From Alloascoidea hylecoeti (lineage: Eukaryota): 55,320 nucleotides of DNA. Under the pieces are notes generated by a model. It had not been told where the DNA came from and made no database searches. It saw only the letters and a list, made by a program, of their open reading frames with translations. Of this stretch, positions 47,560-55,320 are shown in pieces; the stretch's first letter is position 1; every line of letters starts with the position of its first letter. The stretch lies in the NCBI GenBank assembly GCA_001600815.1, contig BCKZ01000010.1, positions 743,506 to 798,825 of the forward strand. Reading direction: 5' to 3'. Made by a program: the position numbers and the translations under genes.

Positions 47560-47770
47560 GCGCCTAACCTCATAAAAGGCCGCCACTCTAAGATGCATTG
47601 AGTCTGAGGATCACCAACTACTCTATCTATACAGCTACGGTGAGGTAAGTCACCTTACCAAATTCCTGTCCATACCATAAGACTTACAGATACGAACATC
47701 CTTATGTTATGAATATTTTCAGATTCAGAGGCCTGATTGTCCTTGAGCATTTACTTCCCCCGATCCGGCT
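47560..47770 (-). pseudogene. Decayed Tc1-family transposase fragment (copy 3)
   Basis: Minus strand translates SVSLMVWTGIW*G.....DRVVGDP and aligns by eye to 49655-49830. Confidence 0.65.
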
Positions 47771-49439
47771 ATATGTACTTAAATCATTTAATACCAATTT
47801 GTATAACATAATTAATACCACTAACATATATAATTGGAAATTATTGGCGTATGCCGGTATAGGTATTAAGTAATATGGACTACACACTTGCGCATGCTTT
47901 AAACTTTAAATTTGTAACGATATTCCACATACAAATAACATTTTCCCTTTATTAACATTATCAAGAACTTTTCCAACTAATTAGGCCTAATTAAATACTA
48001 AACTAAATATGCTTTAATTAATGGATTTCTAATTCTTGATAATATAGATTCTATACCTCTTCAATGTGTGGTTTCTAAGTAAGAAATAAGATCTCATCAT
48101 ATTATAATTATAATATATCTTAATTTGAAACCATCTGTAAATTTAAAATAAGCATAAATATATTATAATATACAACTCCCTACTTAGTAACATTACAGTC
48201 ATGTCATACACCAACGGGTTTACAGTTTTTCCACTCTGGATTCGCCACTTTCGAGATTTTTGTCACTAATGTATGTGTGTTTTCGGTATTTTGAGATTTA
48301 ATAATTCGTTTCTCGGGTAACTATATCTTCGTGATATGGTTGATACATATTTCGACACTCTATTCGACATTAAGTAGACCAATAAGTTTGACACTTCGGA
48401 AACGATTAATTCGATATTCTATGTTCGGTAGGCCAACGGTTAGTGGTTCTTAATAGGCATATGGCACTAGTTTTATATTTTCGGTGATATTGGATTAATT
48501 TATACATATTTATGATTCAATGTAGGCTCTTTGGACACATACGTATATATCATTGAGATTTATATAGAATATATAAAGAAGTGGTCTTTAAGGTACATGT
48601 ATAAGGGTATACATAGGCCTATAGGTATGTCTAGGTGTATTTAAATCAACGATGTTTTGAGTTTGAACACTCAGTAGAGGCAGTTACTAATTATGTAGGT
48701 AAGTTTTTTTGCTAAAATTATGTATTGTTAGATATAGCCTATAGGCCATATAACATAAAAATTATACATATGCATGTCATTCATATCTTAAGATCTCATT
48801 CTTGTATCAGAGTCTAGATTCGTCTTCCTTAAATAGATTAATATATAAATAGGCGAACTTTCATCTAATATGCATAATCATGATCATAATCTTCATAGTA
48901 AGATCTTAACATGTTAAAAGCTCGCCTCTACCACACATTTGCGTCATCCACATAATATGCAAGTGGTCCTTGTAATTGAATTTTTTCTCCTGTACCTCAC
49001 CCACACAATCACTTCCATCTTATTCGACTACTTTATGTTGCCTCTTACAAACCTAAATATTTAATGAAATTAGTCCTTTTCTTTATCACTGGACGTCAAC
49101 TATGTTATGCGTTTATTCATATCTCGACCGGTTCAATGCCCTCTATACCACCTACGGAAAATATATGCGTTATCCACGATCGTCAAAGCAATAAAGTGGT
49201 GCCTTTTTTACGTATATTACATAAACACACTAAAACTCAACCTCCTTTTAGATCTACATAGTATCTGGAATTCTATGAAGCAAGATTTTAAGTAATTCTA
49301 ATCCTAAAATGCACTTGCAACCATTTAGGCGACCAATATTTGCAATATAAGTAAAAATTGCAGAAAATCAAATCTGTGGGTTGTGAAAGCTTCCCCTTTG
49401 AATAAGTTTGATGAACAGTCTTCAAATTTTAACATTGAA

Positions 49440-50180
49440 ATATCAAAGACCACCTAAAAACAATTCTGTAAAAACACGAATCTAGAATATTTTTGGCATA
49501 TAAATGGTGTCATACAAATGAGAAGAATCCAATTAATAGAGTGTTATCGTATGATCATAGTGGTCTTATGACATTTTGGGATGGTTTTGTATCTTGTGAA
49601 GAATGTTCGGATCCGGACCTAGAAATGAATAAGTTCTAGAACAGTCACACTAAGCCTTTAAATCAAAACGTATTTATATCATTCGGAAAGGCTTGGTATG
49701 TGAGTCTCTTTATTGGCATGAAATTTGAAAAGGTGGTCGTGCTTCACTGGACAGAGTGGTTGGGAATCCTAATTGCAGAAATGAAGGAGCCACCACGCTC
49801 CTACATATAATGTTTGTAAGAGGCCTTCGATTAGATTTACAAGCGCGTCAAATTCAAGCTGGATAACAAGGCTATCAATAAAGCTAAAATCACGATAAAT
49901 TGGCTTTGTAGAAATAAGATACAGGTGTTAGAGTGGTCACCGTTTTCACCGAATCTGAATCCAATGAAGCACAATTGGAATCTACTCATAAAAGTTTATT
50001 ACATGGCAGGAATTGCAATTATGAGCCTTACATATACTACTAAGGTGAAGAAATACCTAATTATAGTGTCACTTCTAACATACTGTGACCTAGTGGATCA
50101 GTATATCACTGATAATATTATTGACTCTATATTTCATAGGGTGCACTGTGCAGCCGTCTATAACGAGGGCCAAGAGTAAA
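49440..50180 (+). pseudogene. Decayed Tc1/mariner DD34E transposase (copy 1)
   Basis: FKLDNKAINKAKITINWL..NKIQVLEWSPFSPNLNPMKHNW: exactly 34 residues between D (49862) and the E position (mutated to K, 49967). Upstream W.EI*KGGR..DRVVGNP, downstream IIDSI. Stops and frameshifts present. The 5' boundary is approximate. Confidence 0.88.
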
Positions 50181-50259
50181 TACCCAATCTATGAGGTCCC
50201 AGTAATAAAAATTAAATTTGTAAATTAACTGCACTTAAATTAAAAAAGGTGATTCAAAA

Positions 50260-50670
50260 CCTAGGTATTGCGTCCCCCTTACAACACACGGAGGGCTCAT
50301 CATTGCAATTCCTGCCATGTGATGAAGCTTTATAAGGAGAATCTGTATGGGCCCAATTGGGTGCCCGCTCAGAAAGGTGACCACTCTATCTTATTTCCGC
50401 GAATCCAATTAATCATGATTTTAGATTTATTGATAGGTATGCCATCCTTCTTAAATATGAACTTCAAGTATCTCATCGAAGGCCTCTTTCAGAGCTTCTA
50501 TGTAGTACGTACGAACGTGTGCGTTGGTTCCTTCTTCTCTGCTATTAGGATCGCCAAACACTATACAATAAAGCACGGCCTACTTTCCAAATTTCAGCCC
50601 ACTCAATGGGATTCACATAGGCAGACTTCCCTATACTATAAAAGTTTTCTGATTTACAGGTGCTACTTCA
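50260..50670 (-). pseudogene. Decayed Tc1 transposase (copy 2), inverted relative to copy 1
   Basis: Minus strand gives WAEIWKVGR../GDPNSREEG..YIEALKEAFDEI/IFKKDGIPINKSKIMINWIRGNKIEWSPF*. Exact 19-nt and 14-nt matches to copy 1. Confidence 0.85.
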
Positions 50671-50919
50671 AAACGATCGTTGGCGCTTGTATTTACGATG
50701 CTCCACACAGTTGAAGTGTCTTCCTACAATTGAGAATCTTTCGATGATTTCACACTAGAGTCACGAAAAATTCGACTAACGAGACAAACGGACAAACTCA
50801 ATAGTGAAAAGTCATTAGTAAATTCTAACACTAAGTCCTAAATATCAAACCTATATTTACATTTTTTGTTTTGGATACACTATCTACATTTCGTGTTCTT
50901 TGATATACGTAAACCAGCC

Positions 50920-51185
50920 TGTCACCGTTTAAGTCAACGAATCACATTAGCTACAACGATAAATATACTGTCATATTTCACATACACTTAGATACATAAT
51001 ACATAAATCATTACTTCGTCTCTTTCATACACGGTTCTATATACATATAAATAGACTCGTATATCCCTTTTAACAAAAATCATCCTTTTATGTTCCTTAT
51101 TTGAGACAGGTTAAAAGATATACATTTTTATTCCTTATGAGATTCCTTCTGGACTCCCCAAGTGAGTTAAATAAACACTATAACA
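50920..51185 (+). mobile_element. Possible solo LTR
   Basis: TGT...ACA ends, internal TATAAATAG, AATAAA near the 3' end; no TSD found. Confidence 0.25.
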
Positions 51186-51314
51186 TCACGAGAATATCAC
51201 ATTATTTTCTTCCAAAGCAAGCCACATTGCTCTACCAAACCATAACAACAACAGGAAAACAAAAATAGCATATTCTTTCCACGACATATCATACTAAAGA
51301 TTTTAAATGCTATC

Positions 51315-52040
51315 TGTTAAAGTTAAGTAGGTAAAATATGAATCAGATAAAGGATAGAGAACTAAATCCTCCTCTGGATCCTCGTCTGGATTTAGTTCCC
51401 TTTTATATTAAATTTAAATATCATTATAAGTATATAAGTTTTTGTATAAATATTAAATAATAAATCTCAGTATGTGAGAAGTATATTTCAACATTCTCAC
51501 AACTTTGATACATATAAGAATTTAAAAATAAAACAAAGTAGAATAAAATAAAATAATCTTTAATAAGTAAAATAAATATTTTTTTAATAAAATAGGATAT
51601 TTCCAAAACAAATAGTAAGTTAAATATTCAATTCTTTTAACAACTTTTTAATAAATAAAGCATTTTTCGTGCCACTGCAAAATGATATAAGTTCTGATTC
51701 TGATGTAGAGAGAGTTATTGATGAAATAAGTTTACTTTTCCATGAGACTATATTATTGTTCACTATGGTTAAATATCCTAGATTGCTAGTTCTATCCTTT
51801 GAATCAGCCCATGTTGCATCAATTTAAGTAGTTACTGTAAGTTAGTCATTTAATTTTATGTATTCTGGTCTTTTTTCTTTCATAAAAGTTGACTCTATCA
51901 CTTCAATATCTATAATGCCAATTAATTTTTGGTATTCAGTAATATCAGAGGCTAACAACAGTACTGAATTTTATAAATTGGGGTGTGAGATTCATCAATG
52001 GATAGATGTAGTAATAGTAGTTCTGCATATAACTAATAGT
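51315..52040 (-). mobile_element. Truncated Ty1/copia relic: RT C-terminus and RNase H fragments plus 3' LTR (51315-51493)
   Basis: Minus strand has DITEYQKLIG (about 51917-51946) and IDATWADSKDRTSNLGYL....NIVSWKSK..S.ITLSTSESELIS....KNALFIKKLLKEL (51620-51823). 179-bp LTR TGTTG...TAACA. Confidence 0.88.
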
Positions 52041-52096
52041 ACTGTGTAAGTAAAGTAAAAATGAAAAGGGTGAAGAATCAAATCCAAGGAAGGATT

Positions 52097-52265
52097 TGAT
52101 AAAAAAACTTTAACTTTTAATTTGTAAAAAATATGAATAAGATAAAGAATAGAGAAAGAAATCCAGGGGTGGGTTTCTTCTCATTTTATATTACTTTTTA
52201 AATATATAGCTTATATAAAGTAAGATATTATTAATTTGCATATGTTGCTAAATATAGTTCCAACA
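52097..52265 (-). mobile_element. Short copia-type LTR (family A), probably a 3' LTR with its AT-rich 3' UTR at 52266-52429
   Basis: TGTTG...ATCA ends. 38 nt are identical to the copy at 54251-54288 and the two align throughout. TATAAAA present. Confidence 0.85.
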
Positions 52266-52429
52266 TACATATGCAAATTATAAAGTAATTAATAAAAATA
52301 AGTTTTGTTTAATTTTAACTAAAATAAGAACATAATAAGTGTTTTTTGTTTAATAAGAATAAGTAATATAAGTTTGAATAAAAATAAGATTCTTTTAATA
52401 AGATAATTTAAAAATAAGGATTAATAAAA

Positions 52430-52757
52430 TGATAACCTTATTATAATTATTATTCAAGAAGGTTCTGGAAGGTTCCATCACGTAACATTGGTTATTCATG
52501 AGGGTTGTAGACGGTGCTGGAATGTTCTATGACGCATGAGTTATATATATTATATAATTATTAGTATAGAAGAATATTCTGGAATGTTCCATGAGGTCCT
52601 TAGAACCGTCAGGAACATTCTAGGACATTCTGATGGTCATCCATCTCCCCATTATTTGTCTATATAAGGAGAGCAAAATCCCCTTCATTTCTGATTTTGC
52701 TCTTTACCTTTTTATTCTTTATCTTAATATATTCTACACTTATTTCATATCTTATCA
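52430..52757 (+). mobile_element. 5' LTR (family B, 328 bp) of the copia element
   Basis: Inverted termini TGATAA...TTATCA, TATATAA at 52661, gag ATG 77 nt downstream. Confidence 0.75.
52453..52630. promoter_or_regulatory. Cluster of heat-shock elements (inverted nGAAn arrays) in the LTR
   Basis: TTCaaGAAggTTCtgGAAggTTC (52453-52475), GAAtaTTCtgGAAtgTTC (52572-52589), GAAccGTCagGAAcaTTCtaGGAcaTTC (52603-52630). Confidence 0.8.
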
Positions 52758-54243
52758 TTCTTATACCTTACAAATTATTAGATTTCCAATCTTTCCGTCT
52801 TACAATCTACTCAATTCAATTTATTTTTAAACAATGTCAAAATTTTCTTTTGATGATGGTTTCGATATTAAAACAGATATTTTTAAATAAACTCAAACCG
52901 CATTATCCGCCGATTCTTTGGTAAAATTCGATGAAGGTTACTATTTTCCGGTCGTTGAAAGATGGTTAAAGGTTAAACTCAAAACCATTGTTCAATCTGA
53001 TGTGTTCTCTATTGATCGATTTATTACTTGTACCTCTGTGAATTTTTACCCAACTAACTTCTGTCCTATCCTTGAATACTTGCTTAAACTCTGCTTCTCT
53101 GATGAAGTCTTAAGGGAATATGAGGATTAGTATAATGGTATTGAACTATTCTTTGCTTTAAAAAAGGAATACAAGGTACTCAATAATGTTACTAGAGTCT
53201 TTTGCAAAAGGTTTTTACTGAAACTGCTAAACAGGGTGCTTTAACTAAGAACTTTAATGAAAAGGTTTATGTTATGCTCGAATATTTTCCGCATTTAAAG
53301 AAGTGCATTCCTCTTATTGCTTTCTTCCATCTTTCAAATGTACAAAGAGATCAAGTTCTTCTACGTAAGGATATGGTCAGTGCAACTGAAAGTGATATTG
53401 AATCTTTGGAAGAATCAAAACATACTGAAATCATTGTTTTCGTTAATAAGTTGACAAAGAAAGGAATCATTGCCGAATCTTCAAATATCTTGGACACTAC
53501 TGATGAAGTAAACTATCATGAGAATAACTCCAAGTTCTTGAAAAATGTTAGATGCTATCGTTGCCATAAATTTGGTCACTACATGAATCATTGCCCTTTA
53601 AATAAATTCAAAAAACACCCTAAGAAATATCATGAGGTTCAATACACTGAACTTCAAATTGGTGCTGACGTTTACTACTCCACTAAACTTGAATCCGATG
53701 ATGATGAAGAAGCGAACCTCATTGAGCATGAGGAAGAGGTTTTTCTTGTGTCTGATGTTGAATTCATTATTGATTCGGGTGCTACTTTTCATGTTGTGTC
53801 CGACAAATCTATTCTGGATAATGTTAGTGTGTCTAATACTACCATTAAAGGTGTTGATCGTCATTCTATTTCGAATCTTGAGGGAGGCTTAACTCTCGGT
53901 AACTTGTGTTTATCTAATGTGAAGGTCATGCCTAACACTAATAGAAATATTATATCTGGTAATGTGCTTTCCAAAAAGGGTTATAAAATTGGACTGGACT
54001 CCGACAAGGTTAAAATTTCTAAGAAAGGTACTACTTTCCTTAAGTGTCCGACGTTTGTGGTCTATTACCTCTTCTGATATTAAGAATGAAATCGCTATTA
54101 ACACTGAATCTGTTCCTGTTTCTGATACAATGATTATCGATGAACATATTTCAACTGGTCATGCATCCGCAAAGGTGTTAAGTTCTACTTATCCTGCTTT
54201 AGGTACTGCTTCTACAATTGATAAAACACTCAACAACAGATAA

Positions 54244-54408
54244 TGTTGAGACTATATTTAGCAACATATGCAAATTAATAATATCTTAATTTATATAAGT
54301 TAGATAGTTAAAAAGTAATATAAAAAGAGAAGAAATCCACCTCAGGATTTCTTTCTCCATCTCTTATCTTATTCATATTCTTCACTATTAAAAGTTAAAA
54401 GTTTTTCA
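54244..54408 (+). mobile_element. Family A LTR inserted in the copia pol region
   Basis: Starts TGTTG and is the reverse-complement homologue of 52097-52265. The 3' end is approximate. Confidence 0.85.
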
Positions 54409-54409
54409 T

Positions 54410-54639
54410 TGATCTGCATACGTTGCGTATTTATATTGAACTACATGCCTTGCATATTAATTAATGCAGGGGGTGCGTGGTCATTCATATACTTCAGCAA
54501 GCCCCTTAATATTATTGCCAGCCTCCTTATTATTATTTAGCCTATATAGTTACATATATAAGATAGCTAAATCCATTGGGTTTAGCTCTCTACTTTTTTT
54601 AATACAATTTTTATCTTATTACCTATTATTGTGAGATCT
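54410..54639 (+). mobile_element. Second LTR-like unit (family C) stacked after the family A LTR
   Basis: Same layout as the other LTRs: TATATAA, hairpin, pyrimidine tract, TTATCTTATT. Ends are uncertain (TGATCT...AGATCT). Confidence 0.5.
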
Positions 54640-55320
54640 TTATAGATAGTGATATTGAAATGGAAGAACCTGAAAATTCTGTTGTTTCAAAAGCTTATAT
54701 TGACGAATCAATCTCACCATTACCTGTCACGGATAGAACTATAACAACAACTTCATCAACTTCCAAAGACTCTGCTAATGACACTATTATGAGAGATGCT
54801 GTTTCTTCAACTCCTTTAAAGAATGTCACCCACAATATTAACAAACAATTTATGAAGGAAATGCAAAAGAAAGATGANTACATTGTGGAATCTCCCAAAT
54901 ATACTGTTAGTGTAGAAATATTAAGTGATGATGAAGATAACTTTGAATCCATTTCTACTTATCCAAAATTAAATGAAGGACCCACAATTAAGGCAATTGA
55001 GAACACAGGTGAGTATGAGAATTTTATGGATGATAGTTTGGCTAATCTGGAACAACAACTGGTACCTNGGAACAGAGAATGGACACTCAATACAAATCGT
55101 CAAAGTCCTGATCCACTCAACATGTTAGACAAGTCGTTATCTCATTATTTTGCAACCGAAACCTCTGATGAATCTATGCTTTTAATGGCCAGCAACAGTG
55201 AAGTTATTCCTAAAACCTATTCAGATGTTCTCAAATCCACCCTCAAAGATGAATGACTTGCAGCAATGAATAATGAATTTAAAAGTCTAGAATCAAATAA
55301 TGTTATGGATCTTGTTTCAA

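Larger units (their letters stand above)
52834..55320 (+). pseudogene. Ty1/copia gag-pol pseudogene, running off the window
   Basis: ATG 52834; stops at 52888 and 53128; frameshifts near 53200 and 54050. Zinc knuckle CYRCHKFGHYMNHC, protease FIIDSGATFHV, pre-integrase EHISTGH. Integrase core absent. RT start IPKTYSDVL...DE*LAAMNNEFKSLESNNV. Confidence 0.93.

Noticed and set aside
50268..50714. 148-aa plus-strand ORF as a gene
   Set aside because: It is antisense to the decayed Tc1 copy 2 and has no ATG at its annotated start.
55253..55260. TGA read-through in pol
   Set aside because: The stop sits at a normally conserved Trp (TGG to TGA) in an element that already has several disabling lesions.

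Overview
AT-rich budding-yeast (Saccharomycotina) genomic DNA. CTG reads as Leu at conserved positions. Bases 1-46000 are gene-dense: NUP1-like, YVC1, RTT106, a PAP2/DPP1-like phosphatase, an orphan ORF, CCL1, MNN9, GLO3, BNA4, DML1, SSB1, PTP1, BRE4, OST4 (39 aa, not in the ORF track), MFG1, PEX17, RRG9, VID27, IES2, GYP7 and an alcohol-acetyltransferase-family gene. I reconstructed about 15 introns by hand, nearly all 59-81 nt, several with AAG acceptors. The SSB1-GYP7 block matches the interleaved S. cerevisiae YDL229-234 and YNL212-215 regions. From about 46000 to the end I found no intact host gene. That stretch holds three decayed Tc1 (DD34E) transposase copies, two forming an inverted repeat, and a nested pile of Ty1/copia relics and LTRs. 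Most unusual signals: a copia LTR packed with perfect heat-shock elements; a covarying stem-loop right after the TATA box in divergent LTRs; fold-back pairing instead of a polypurine tract at two 3' LTR boundaries; and recurrent intergenic TAGGCCTA palindromes. Gene names come from motif recognition and recalled synteny, not database searches.
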